A stretch of 50,063 nucleotides of DNA, the filler included, from Sphacelaria rigidula (taxonomy: Eukaryota), in assembly GCA_964200075.2 (NCBI GenBank). It is 3 parts of 3 records of this genome, joined end to end, with 100 filler letters (N's around TTAATTAATTAA, not from the genome) between each part and the next. Parts side by side here need not be neighbours in the genome. Positions count along the whole stretch, not along the records: positions 16,723 to 33,343 come from CAXNAA020001298.1; positions 33,444 to 50,063 come from CAXNAA020001299.1; 1 more part is not named here. The stretch is one strand, 5' to 3'. The notes under the pieces are model-generated. The model was not told the DNA's origin. It ran no database searches and saw only the letters and a list, made by a program, of their open reading frames with translations. This document shows positions 24,540 to 35,542 of the stretch, piece by piece. The translations under genes and the position numbers were made by a program. Within the stretch, counting starts at the first letter, position 1. Each line of letters starts with the position of its first letter.

Positions 24540-26260
24540 GGTGAAGATGACAGAACGTGCCAAAAGTGCTCTGATGCAAGACGGGAGAATATCGAAATAG
24601 GTTGATAGTTTGCAAGGAGTTGCAGAAGGATGTGTGTTGTCACTCACTTTATTCAAGGTATATCTTTATGACGTGATAATAGCAATAGAAGCAGCAAAGC
24701 AAAGGGTCAAGGCGGGAAAATATGCGGTATTGAGACTGATGTTCGCGGACGATTTCGTGGGGATATCAAAAACACCAGAAGGAGTGCAGAAGTTAATATA
24801 ATTGAGGAGGCGCTAGAGGACACTAGGAAATAGAGAGTGGCAGCGAGCGTAAGCAAATGCTCGGTACTCGCATGTAACGATGATAAGAAGAACCCGGTAG
24901 AGTCCAAAATCAAGATGGGGAAAAGAAGAATTGCCGATCATGGACCGGTATACGTGCCTTGGCGAAGGGATCTTAGAAAACTGTTATTGGGATGCACACA
25001 TGAATAAAAAAGGTAGCAGAAAAGAGTAAGGTATAGATATGTGGGATGGGCGTGATCCTCACAGACTCGCACCTAGATACTAGAATAAAGATATGTATCT
25101 TGATGGATGTGATTTTATCAAAGCTGGAATATGCAGAAGTATGAGAGGGGAACGTAAAGTTGGTGAAAAAGTTGAAAACAGTACAGATGACAGCAGCTAA
25201 GAGAATACTTGGATGCTCAAAAACGACGAGTAATACAGCATTGAGAGCAGAAGTAGGAATGCACCCACTCAAAACATACAGGGACATGAGAAAATTGAAG
25301 TAGTAATACAGCGTAAAGAACATCACACCCTGGACAATAGATTCCATTGTAAAAAAATGTACTGCGTACAGTATGGAATCTATTGTCTATGCAATTGGCG
25401 CAATAATCGATACTGTACGCAGTACACCTTTTGACTGTGTATTCTTTTGTCCGGGGTATGAGGAACATGCAGAGAATTATGGCGCTGGCCATAGTTGGTA
25501 GAGCTGTATGGAAGAAAGTAACGAAAGGTCAGACTGGAATATGGTGGGATAGCATAGTCGAGAAAGTATGGGCAGAGATAAGAAGAAACCCAAGACGAGA
25601 TAATGTTCATAGGTGAAGGCGGGGGGTTCAAAACAAAAGTAAGAGACATGATAGATACAAGGGAACAAATCGACAAGACGGACAGTAGATGAGGAAGAGC
25701 ACCTGAAGATATATGGGAGGTTGAGAGAGGGGACAGGGATGAAAACATATCTGCATGATCCAATGGACTCCGCGGATAAATTCAAACTGTAACTTCGGGT
25801 TGGGATCCTGGACCTGCCGGAAAGAGTAAAGAGGCACACCAGTCGTCGAGTGGAGGAGGGAAAATATGCATAAAATTGCCCCTGTGGCAAAGCAATAGAG
25901 AGTAGAAGTCATGTAGTAGAAGAATGTGACCTATACAAGGAGAAACGGGACGTGCTAGAGGGGGAAGTGTCGAAAGTAAACGAAGGAAGCATGAAATCGT
26001 TTGATGCATTAGACAGTAGGGAGAAAACGATGGCTATAGCGGGAGATAGAGAGTGGCCACAGACGGCGAAGCAGGACGAGGATAAGATATTTGAAAGATT
26101 TTTATGTAATGTATGGGAAAAGCGTAATGAACGCCGGAACGTTGGGGGTGTCTCTATTAGGAGAACCTGTTAGAAGTAGGAACGGTGCTTCGTCTCGAAA
26201 AGGATGCGTGGCCAATGGTCAAGCGACTAAGGCAAGCAACAAATGAGTACGCCCCCCCCA
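24540..26260 (+). pseudogene. decayed, 5'-truncated non-LTR retrotransposon (LINE) reverse transcriptase and 3' end
   Basis: LQGVAEGCVLSLTLFKVYLYD (QG..LSP.LF motif) and LMFADDFVG (catalytic F/YADD), followed by KC.VL, Y..LG and WDAH thumb-region motifs and a downstream CPCG...SH...EC zinc-binding remnant. Multiple stops and frameshifts. Confidence 0.9.
25324..25460. mobile_element. 137-bp hAT-derived MITE inserted into the LINE
   Basis: TIRs CACACCCTGGACAA / CATACCCCGGACAA. 8-bp TSD aagaacat / aggaacat. Internal inverted repeat tgtactgcgtacagtat / atactgtacgcagtaca. Confidence 0.85.
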
Positions 26261-26269
26261 CCCTCCCAG

Positions 26270-26640
26270 ACTCGAGTGGTGGCTCGAGCGGGGGCGGTTC
26301 ATCCACCAGGGGTACCGAGCAGCAAGGCGCAGGTTATCGACGTGAATGATGGTTGTGTCGTGCTCATCAAATCCCAGGCCGTTTACGACATAAACGACAA
26401 CGCGCCTGAGCTGCCACCGGAACTCGTCAAAGACAATTTTGGGGTGCCAAACGGCTTCCAGAGAGCGGGCAGCCGTGAAAGCTCCTTCATGTACACTCGG
26501 GGAGGGTACGTGAAGCCGGTACAAGTTGGCGGTCCCAGTCACATGTACTACTGCATGGCAAGCCCATCCTGCCGCCGTAACTAAACGGTCATTCTTCATG
26601 AAAAAGGCGATCGTAGCGACGTGAATAGCCACCCTGAAGC
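26270..26640 (+). pseudogene. degenerate BED-zinc-finger-like N-terminal fragment, probably from a hAT transposase
   Basis: ...SHMYYCMASPSCRRN*TVILHEKGDRSDVNSH: aromatic-C-x5-C ... S.v..H pattern with an internal stop. Confidence 0.45.
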
Positions 26641-27060
26641 ACCCGTACACTTACCCGACAGCTTTTGTAACACTTCCATGCCGGTACCCAACAGTCCTGT
26701 AACCTCTGTATGACTTTCATATCCGTGCCCGATAGTTCTGTGAGCTCTAACAGCTTCCCGTACCGTTTCCGGGGGCACGGGTTTGCTCCTTGATCAGAAA
26801 CCCCGCTGCGGACACGGTTTTCTGTGCAACCCCCATGCGCCTACCCTACAGCTCTGTGAGTTCTGTGTACAAATTGTTTACCCTTTCCCGGGACGCGGGT
26901 ATACGCTTGAAGAAACACCCGGTTTCCAGTACGGTTTCCTGTGAGCCTCCCATACTACATACCCTACCCGCTGTAACATCTGTAAGACTTTCATACCGGT
27001 ACCCGATACTTGTGCAAGTTCTGTAAAGAGTGTCGCACCCTACAGAACATACCTTTACCC
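26640..27060 (+). repeat. dispersed ~42-bp-unit repeat (copy 3 of 3)
   Basis: Same tacccgacag / gactttcata / cggttttctgtgcaacc motifs as 20267-20545 and 23985-24320. Confidence 0.75.
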
Positions 27061-27124
27061 TTCAAAGAGCAACCTTGGAATATTATTCGTCCACAGTAAG
27101 GACGGGAGCTGCCGACGTAAAGCT

Positions 27125-27300
27125 TGATCGATCTGATTGACTGTTTGTCACACTTTGACTGGCTCCCCAGGGATCCAGGCGTGGTGGCATGATGGGTGTA
27201 CCCGAGTCAAAGCGAAGCTGAGACACTCGCTGAAGAAAAGTAAAGATACAAGTATACAGGGCGGAACAGACAAACAGAGTGTGAGGAGCTCGTACGCTGG
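27125..27300 (-). mobile_element. non-LTR retroelement 3' tail (degenerate CAAT end)
   Basis: Minus strand ...cctggatccctggggagccagtcaaagtgtgacaaacagtcaatc matches the tail at 27702. Confidence 0.6.
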
Positions 27301-27701
27301 AAAATGGTGACGTGTTGGTGAAGCATGTGATCCCCGTATGTATCGTGATTGGGTGAAGGTTAAATGCCATTTTTGATGCGTGAGATTCTTTTTTGGAAGT
27401 TTTCACAACACACAGAGCAGTTACGAAGAATGATATATAGTACAGACAGTAGCAGTACCACACCGTGAGACTACGCAGAAATTCGACGTGATTTCAACGC
27501 CAGCCTGCGCCGGAGAGACCTCACCCAATTGAAAATCAGGGGTTGAATCCATACCGGCAACGAAATTTATATTCTTGAACCTTGGCGAGCGCCCCACCCG
27601 CAGGTGGACTGAGATGGACTACGCCACAGTTGGGGTTCAGAACAGCTCTTTTCTCATTTAACGAAACGTCATTTTTTAATAATCACGTGGATGTCGGCCA
27701 T

Positions 27702-27960
27702 ATTTGATTGATTGATTGATTGATTGTCGTACTTTAACTGGCCCCCCAGGGGTCCAGCCGTGGTCTCATGAAAGACGTACCCAAAAAAAACGAAACTGAA
27801 AAACGTTCTGAGAAAAACAAGGAACAGAAAAAAAAAAGAGGGGTCGAACAGAACGACATAGCAGACTGAGTCGTAACAAAACAAAAGGTAATACAAATGT
27901 CGACATATATACGTGAAAAAATTGTCCCGGAGAACCCCTGACCGGTTTTGATCCTGCAGT
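27702..27960 (-). mobile_element. non-LTR retroelement 3' end with (CAAT)5 tail
   Basis: Minus strand cggctggacccctggggggccagttaaagtacgacaatcaatcaatcaatcaatc. Homologous to 22141-22385. Confidence 0.72.
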
Positions 27961-28566
27961 CTATTGCGTGCAGAGTCAGTATATGTGCTGTGTGCTGCAT
28001 GTCTCCGCTGGATACAACAGGAAGAAACAGTCAGCATGCCATCGCTCGACACTGAACACAAACTACTGCATACCGCTGAAGTCTCTACTTGGCGTTCCAC
28101 AACAACACTACCGGCGGTTGTGAAGCTAGCTGGTAGCACAAGAGAGGGGTCAGGCAGGCGGCACAGACCGCGAGCAGAGTAAAAATCACGTTTTTTGTGT
28201 CCATGTGATACAATATGGCTGCATTGTGGTAACCAAAACGAGAAATACGGCTAGATAGTGAAGTATTCCACCTGTAATTTGCCTGTAATCCCCCTGTACG
28301 GAAACAAAGAGGCCATAGTTATAGCCATGGTTGGTCAGAATGGTCGCTCCGCTCCTCTCGGGTCTCGTGCCTGGCTGAGAATATTCCGTGGGAAACTTCC
28401 AGGCACACACCGTCGACTTGGTGAGCTTTGCGGCTGTTCTGCGAACAGGCCCACATCCCCTGTCAGAAACCACCCCCCCGCCCCCTGGAAACCCCCCCTG
28501 ATGTCCGTAGACCGCCAACCCGTGAAACTGTTCCGATGCGACCCTCGCTGTCTAAGGGTTGAAGCG

Positions 28567-28616
28567 GGGGGGGGGGGCGTACTCATTTGTTGCTTGCCTT
28601 AGTCATTTGACCATTG
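28567..28616 (-). mobile_element. extremely 5'-truncated copy of the LINE 3' end at 26213-26259
   Basis: Reverse complement caatggtcaaatgactaaggcaagcaacaaatgagtacgccccccc differs from 26213-26259 at 2 positions. Confidence 0.78.
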
Positions 28617-29540
28617 ATTTAAAGCGGGGGGGGGAGGTATTGTAAATCCCAGTAATTAGGCTACCAGACGAAGTACAGTAAAACGTTTCAAAGTGAAGTA
28701 GTTGCTTCAAGTTGAAATTGGAACTGCGTTCCTGAACTCCAAGAGGAAGGATGTGCACTGTTGTCGGGGGACTGGGTAGGAGCTGACCGCGAGTTATGAG
28801 TAAAAAGATCGAACTAACGTGGCAATTGAAAACCGGTGAGGAGGTCGATTCTCGAAGTCACACGGAGATCGCGTCGCACCTCATCTTGATGTCAAACCAT
28901 CTTGAACGCGTATCTTCGGCATGCGCGCTATATTCGTACTCTGTACTGCTCCCAGCACTCATTGTTTGGGAGTAGCGAGCGAGGGTTCCTTACTGGAATT
29001 CTACTCAGCGATTCGGAGTACCGACACTCCGGGTACACGTAGGAGCGTGTGCTATGGGTACTTACTCCGCATACTCTTCGAGTACTCAGTACTTGGGAGT
29101 ACTGGTACTGTTGAGGTCCAACGCCTGGATAGGTATGGTGACTCATGTACAAAGTCGAGCTGGGGGATATTGAAATGAGGTTCGCTCGGTGAGGATGACC
29201 CCTCCTAGTCGAGGACTAGGGGTCCATTCAAGTCCGAGACTACCTGGGTGGGGGGGCACCCCCACCTTGGTGGCTATCCCTACACCGGACCACCTTAATG
29301 ACAATTCATTTTTAGGACTGAGCTCGAAGTATCGGCGAGGTGGAGCGCACTCGATGGCGCTGCACGATACTAGAAATGGCGAAGTACACGGCGGAGGTTC
29401 CTACGTGTCCCCCGGGGTCAGAAAAACAAACAAACTGTTACTGTGAGTACTCGGTGCGTATTATACTCGGGTACTCCAAGTACCAAACCGAGTATTCTGG
29501 GGAGTAGATCGCCGCGCTCCGGTAGAAAAAATGGTGCATC

Positions 29541-29710
29541 TTAACCCTTTGAGGACCGAACTCCCAGAAACATATGGTTGACACGCAGGGGTCCTTTTTT
29601 GAATCAGCATCATTTTCACTGGGAAGCGACTGAAAAAATGACCTCGATTCACAAAAGGGCCCCTGCCTGCAAACACCATGTTTCTCAGAGTCCGGTCCCG
29701 AAAGCGTCAA
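29541..29710. mobile_element. piggyBac-like fold-back MITE (~170 bp)
   Basis: TTAA|CCCTTTGAGGACCGAACTC...GAATC pairs over ~65 bp with GATTC...GAGTCCGGTCCCGAAAGCG|TCAA. TTAA/TCAA target sites. Confidence 0.72.
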
Positions 29711-31301
29711 GCCGGTTAGGGGAGGGAGTTTGAGGGTTCGAAATGCCGGCAGGTGCAGGTTTTCTCTGCAAAGTATCTATTCTTAATGGCTGAAAACAAG
29801 AGGATGTACGAGAGTAGCAAGGCAAAACATTACGGAAGTTGACGCGGTGCCGGAGTGGTCATGATCTAATCCGCGATATCAAAATGTCACGTATGTCTCC
29901 AAGGAAAGGTCGGGCTGTTGTTCCCTCGCGAATGGTCCCAAGGGTGGTGTAGGGGGGTGGGGGGGGGTCAAAGTTGTGACGACAAGAATAAAATTAACGG
30001 AGCAAGGCAGCCAAAGAGTTGAAGCCTGTCACCATGAATGCGTATGATCACCCCTTCGCGTTTCCCTCGCATAGGTTGTGAGGGACTGCTAGACAACAGC
30101 GGTGAGGAGGATGGGGTTCCACGATTCACAGCACCGCAAGCGCCTTTTTCAGAGAACGTGGGTCTGCGAAGCGCAGGCAGTCACAGCGCTCGTGAAATTT
30201 ATCTGCCGCGCTGGGTCAGTTTTGCTCGGGTTGGCTGGAAAGTTACAATTTGCAAACCCATAAGGGTACAATTGTTTGGATTCGAGCTCGGAATCTTGAC
30301 CCCGAACAGAAGCAATACGCGGAAACCGACGCCTAGACAGCCACTGGCTCAAACTGAACCATGTGCCGACAGGTCTTGCACCAACCACAATCTGAGTCAT
30401 TCTCCAGCCCAAGAAGACCGACTAACGTACGTCCAGCGTTGCATGTTTAATGGAAAATATTTCGCGCAATTGAAGCGTCCGTTGTGAACAAAAAACACAT
30501 CTAACGCATTCCCAGCATTTTCACATGTCAGTACTGGCTGGATGGGAAAATTAAACAATACACCATGGCCTGTTTTATATGCTGCTCGTGCTTTTCAATA
30601 ACAAATAGTTGGTGCGCATTTTATATTGATTTTAGTTTAGGCCTATTTCTTCCTAGAACTCCGGGCGCGTACGTACACTGATAGAAACCGTCATTCCATC
30701 CCCCCACGCGGCGCAGAGGAAGAAAACACTCTCTTCTCGAGGACATGCCGTGTCGCGGGGAAATTTATATCAACCGGACCGGACCGGATTGGACCGCTTC
30801 CCGCTTGGGCACGAAAACCGCTTTCGGGCGCCAGAACTTCTTATCGAACAATGTCTCCAGTTGCCATTGAAAGGCAGCAAACCAACCTCTTCAGCTGGAC
30901 AGCTGCTCTCCCCTTGCGATTACCATCCCCAACGACGACCTACTGTAGATTCTGTATTCCACCAAGTCCTGACGGACGTAGATCGTCTGACCAAAGCACG
31001 TCTCGTCTTTTCTTTTCTTTTTTCCGACATTTTTGCAGTGGTCGGCCTGGGAAATGTCTGAGGAGAGGGGATCCTTTACCCAAGGGATGTAGTCCGGCCT
31101 TGTTTTCGTGATGAGCAACCTGGCGTTCACTCAGAGCCCCACCTCATAATACTAACAGTAAACTGATAACATAAATTCAACCAACACCCGCGATTTCTTC
31201 CCGCGGAGGATTTTCTTGGTAAATGTTTTGTATACTTGCCGTGAGTATTCACCCTTTGAGAAGCCTTCCCTTCCGTCCCCGGGCCAGACGCCTCATTATT
31301 T

Positions 31302-31722
31302 CAGGCCCTGACAACGGAGAAAAGATGGGAACAAAAAAGACCGACGGCAACCATTTTTACGGCGGAAGGCCACATATGAATCCACCAGCATACGTACAGT
31401 ACGTCATGCGCGCACCAAAAATCTCACCCCTGTGCGGTCTGATCAGTTCTCGGGTCGGACGAATAAATGATTCGTCTGGAAACTACTTGATTTTAGTGTG
31501 ACTGATTTGTACGCACGATTTAATCCTTGGGCTTTGTTTTCAGCGTTGCAACCCAGGTACGCGCAGCACAGGCACGCGGAATGGCGCAAAAGTTGCGTGG
31601 GAACCTTTCCGACCACCGGTCGACTTTTTCCTCTCTTTCGAGCGATCAGGCCTGAAAAATCGTGGATTTGGTGATTCGAACCGGCGATGATTTGTCCGAA
31701 CCGTGGATTAGTTGTCAAGTGC
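31302..31722. mobile_element. degenerate DNA-transposon-like repeat; right part homologous to 33450-33563
   Basis: Imperfect termini caggccctgacaac / gttgtcaagtgcg. The gatcaggcc..a.aaatcgtg.atttggtg.tt.ga block is repeated at the start of contig C. Confidence 0.5.
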
Positions 31723-33011
31723 GGGGACGCGACGAGTCAAGTTTGCTCAAGTTTTATGCACACAGCCAGCCAAAATCGGCAATTGCGTTCCTAAAGTCTA
31801 TACAAACTAAAATCGGCATCGCCTGTCTGTCTATCTTCTATATACCGAGTCCCGTGCTCCATTGAGGCATATTTTTATACGGGTCTGAAAACACACGAAT
31901 CGGGCCAATATAATGGCTATGCGTGAAAGTTGTAAAAACTCAACCATACATATGTCGTTAAAAATAACAGCACCTCGAAATCCACACTTTTCCATCGCCA
32001 GTACCGAAGGGGTCGAGTCTATTATAAACGCTCGGAGCCCTAATTAAACGCTACATGGGTGTGCTTTGATTGGGGAGGGGCGGGGTCAGAGTATCGTAGT
32101 TGTTTTCGGTGGAAGAGACGATGTCGACGTCTGCAAAGAAAAAGATCGGGGGCACGGATGTGTCCTGTGTCGTGGGTTCTCGTGCGTTACCCATGATCAG
32201 CAGCATATTACCGTCTCAGTACAGCAGAACAGCGTAGCGGTTTTTGCCCTAGCTGTAAAATCGATGTGGCCATGGATTGAACTCGAAAATGTCAGAACAC
32301 TCAGCAGTCATGCATGAGCACACGACAAAAGGCAGGAAGGTATCCTCCTCCCACCTCTAGCCATGCATGACTGAAGACTTGTTGCATGCCCGTTGCCTAA
32401 AACGTTTTTCAAACAGTTTTTGCATCACCACTCCTGCTAAGCGCCCCATGCCTTCTCCATAAGCCTCTATCTACTTTACAAACAACGTCATCCTCCATAA
32501 ACTCGCGGGTACTGTCACCGGACAAAATTTCGAGAGAGAGAAACTATTATTAAAAGAGCCTTCGAAGGTTTCGTGTGATGTATGCCTTTGTCTGTGACTT
32601 GATTTTTTTCTACCGAGGCAGACGTAAATTTTAAAGCGCACGTCTCGCCGAGAGGAAAAGCTTAAATGGACCTTCGCTGGATGAGTGCGTTTTTTCTGAA
32701 GGGGAAAGAGAGGAGACAAGTCGGTCGTCGATACTCCCGACAGAACTCGAGGAATATAATACAACCGGATTGTGCTGCAGGTCACACACAAGCTGACAAA
32801 AATGTCCCCAAACAAGGCAAACTGTGTGACAATGAATGTGCCATGTCCGCTGCATCACCCGATCGTTCAAGATATAGATTGCGATGTAAATACTTCTTCC
32901 CCCTTCATCGATCGGTGTTGGTGAATCAAGGTCCATGATTTGACCCTATTGATTGGCTCGCTCCCGTACGAACCCTCGTCATATTCCATTGTGGTGGTGG
33001 GTCTGCATCAG

Positions 33012-33118
33012 TTGGCCGACGGACTGGGAGGAGTCGTTTGGGTCGTTACGTCGGATGGACTGAAGAAGGACGCCTCGGTCATCAAAAAGCCTGGCAAGGC
33101 CAAACTCTGCAGTAGCAA
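33012..33118 (+). CDS. exon 3 of DUF1995-like protein (LADGLGGVVWVVTSDGLKKDASVIKKPGKAKLCSSK)
   Basis: tctgcatcag| acceptor in phase 0 continues YWAKK-LADGLG. Strong AA|gtaagt donor and GC3-rich codons like exons 1-2. The gene is truncated by the contig end. Confidence 0.75.
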
Positions 33119-33343
33119 GTAAGTCACGTGTATGTCTTCGCTCCCGTCTGTCACTTCCGATTTTGAGAAACGTTGAGGTAGATGTGTTGACAATTAACCG
33201 CGCTGGTTCCTCCTGCTGTGTTCTCCAGCTGTCTTCGGAGCAGTCTCAAGCAAGGTTACGTACTGTCCGCTCCCCCCCGTCCCCCCCCCCCCCACCCCCC
33301 CCCCCCCCCCCCCCCCCCCCGCACCACCCACCCCGGGCGGCGC

Positions 33344-33443
33344 NNNNNNNNNNNNNNNNNNNNNNNNNNNNNNNNNNNNNNNNNNNNTTAATTAATTAAN
33401 NNNNNNNNNNNNNNNNNNNNNNNNNNNNNNNNNNNNNNNNNNN
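33344..33443. other. artificial contig linker N44-TTAATTAATTAA-N44
   Basis: Identical to 16623-16722. Confidence 0.97.
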
Positions 33444-34085
33444 CTTGGACCAGCGATCAACTTTTTTTCTCCGTTTTGGGCAATCAGGCCAAAGAAATCG
33501 TGAATTTGGTGGTTTTGAGTCGTGCTGACTTTTCCTAACCGTGGTTGGTTGGCAACGACACTGTAAAACACGTCACTCAATGGGTAAGATAAGTAACCCG
33601 GTTACCATTTTTTTTTTGCTTGCGCTTCATTTGCGGTAGCCATGATGGTGTTCGCGCTAGATCATCTTGTGGTGCAGGGCGTAACCTAAACTCTGCGCGA
33701 AGGGGATGATCGCACCACGTAATGTTGAGTACAAGACACCGATGAGGCAGTGTACAACCCGTGGGTGTCTCTGAAAGTGGCGACACCAAAAAATGAGGCA
33801 AACAGGTGTAGGCTGTCATCCAAATGCAAGACAATCAGTAGGCTTCGGCCCGAACAATCTTAGCAGGATGCAGCTCATCCCTTTATGCGACTCGCCGAAC
33901 ACATCACGGCGCTTCGCGCTTGGTGATTGCGAGCCTGGTCCGGCGAAAATCTGGCGTGCTACGTTCCGGATTCGTGGGGATGCGAGGTCAACGGTTTTAT
34001 GATTACGGCATGCAAGATCATGAGTCATTCCCCTCCAGATTATCATGCTAACATTCTGAGAGAAACAACCAACAGACTAACTCAC

Positions 34086-35542
34086 CCGAGTGCGAATCGT
34101 CAAGGTACCCGCCCGCTTCACTAGCTTCTGATCCCCCACCTCCCCATCGATCATGGCCTCCACCGATATCGCCACCTCCGCTAACGCAAGACACGCTTGG
34201 CCTGCCTGGAACAAGATCCCCGCTTTCGCTTCGAGCGCTAAGGGCGTCTACAAGCCGACAGCACCAAGCTAGCCACCCCTGTCGAGACATGATAGAATCT
34301 GCATTCCTGTCACGATCAGACCCGTCCATAGCCTTCGACTTGCCTATTACCACACCTGACCTGGCTGTAGACAATCCGCCAGCGGCGCCCTTACCCCCCG
34401 CCGACTTTGACCCCCCTTCGACATCTTCCCGACTCACGGTGTTGAAACCTCGTGGTGGCGCGTGTCCTTCGTGCCCTCCAGACGCCGTAGGCAACCAAGC
34501 TACGGCGCTCTCGAGCTGCATTAACGGCCGTGCAAGCACGGCTGGATTCGGGGCTCGGTGAAGCACGCGCATGAGGACCTCCACTGCCTCCGGCAGCACG
34601 ACGTTGAGCGTTTCATCACCATCGCTGCCGCCGCCGCCGTCATCGCCGCCTGCAGCACCGCTAGCGTCTGCCACCGAGTTGGTAAACGCCTTTGGTTCTT
34701 TCCCTTCTCCCGCTCCTGATTTTTCCCCGTTACTTGAAGACTCAATATTCGTTGGATCCGATGAGGCGCTGTCCCTGCGTTTATCCGGGGCAGGGAGTTG
34801 TTGCGGAGGTGCCGATGGAGCATCATCGCCGGTGGAAGGTATAGGCAGGGGTAATATCTTCAGAGGAGCGACATCAGCCGCAACCCCGCGCACGCCCTGA
34901 ACGTCTCCGCCGGCGTGATCAAGGCTGAGTCTCCTGAAGAACCCCGACAAAAATCCGGTGTCCTCCTTGTCCCCGATCTTGTCAACTGCCCCGCTTCCTT
35001 GTGCCAACATGGCGGCGTGCACCGCCGCCTCGGTCTTGAGGGGAGCAACGGAGTTGTGTGATTCAACAGCCTTGAGAAGGGCTGCGAATCGTCCCGGTTT
35101 CCCCGCGCCACCGGCCGGAAGCTGGGCATCAGCGTTTGAGCTCGGGTCCTTCGGTGCGCAGTCAGAAGTAGACTCCGGTATACTCGATTCTAACACTTCC
35201 ACGTCCGCCGTTGTGACGCCGGTGCCGTTATCAGGGGCAAGATTCTTCGCGCTTTCTCGCTCATCTTCTTGTGCGCCATCATCCGTCGCCTCAGCACCCG
35301 CCGCTGCTGACCCTGGCTTCGCAATCGCAGCCTCGCCGCTGTCAGCAGGACAAGGCGTAAGGGACGGTGTGGGTGCCGCCGTGGGGACGGCTGTCGATGT
35401 TGCCGCTGCCCCCATGAGACGGTCCACAAGCGACGTGCCCTCGTTCGGCGCAGTCCCTGCGCTGAAGGGAGCAGCCGCTACGGCGGGAGGAGGATTCGCT
35501 GCTTCGTCGTCTGGGGAGTTGGAGTAGTCCCTCCACCAGGCC
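34086..35542 (-). CDS. large low-complexity exon of BEACH-family gene
   Basis: ttccccag| acceptor (phase 2, SWLR-AWWRDY) and G|gtgagt donor. Lies within the 526-aa ORF. Confidence 0.85.

Noticed and set aside
24973..26009. Several hydrophobic minus-strand ORFs
   Set aside because: They are antisense shadows of the purine-rich LINE remnant.
33118..34086. Convergent or overlapping arrangement of the DUF1995-like and BEACH genes
   Set aside because: The genes are separated by an artificial linker and both are truncated, so the adjacency is not real.
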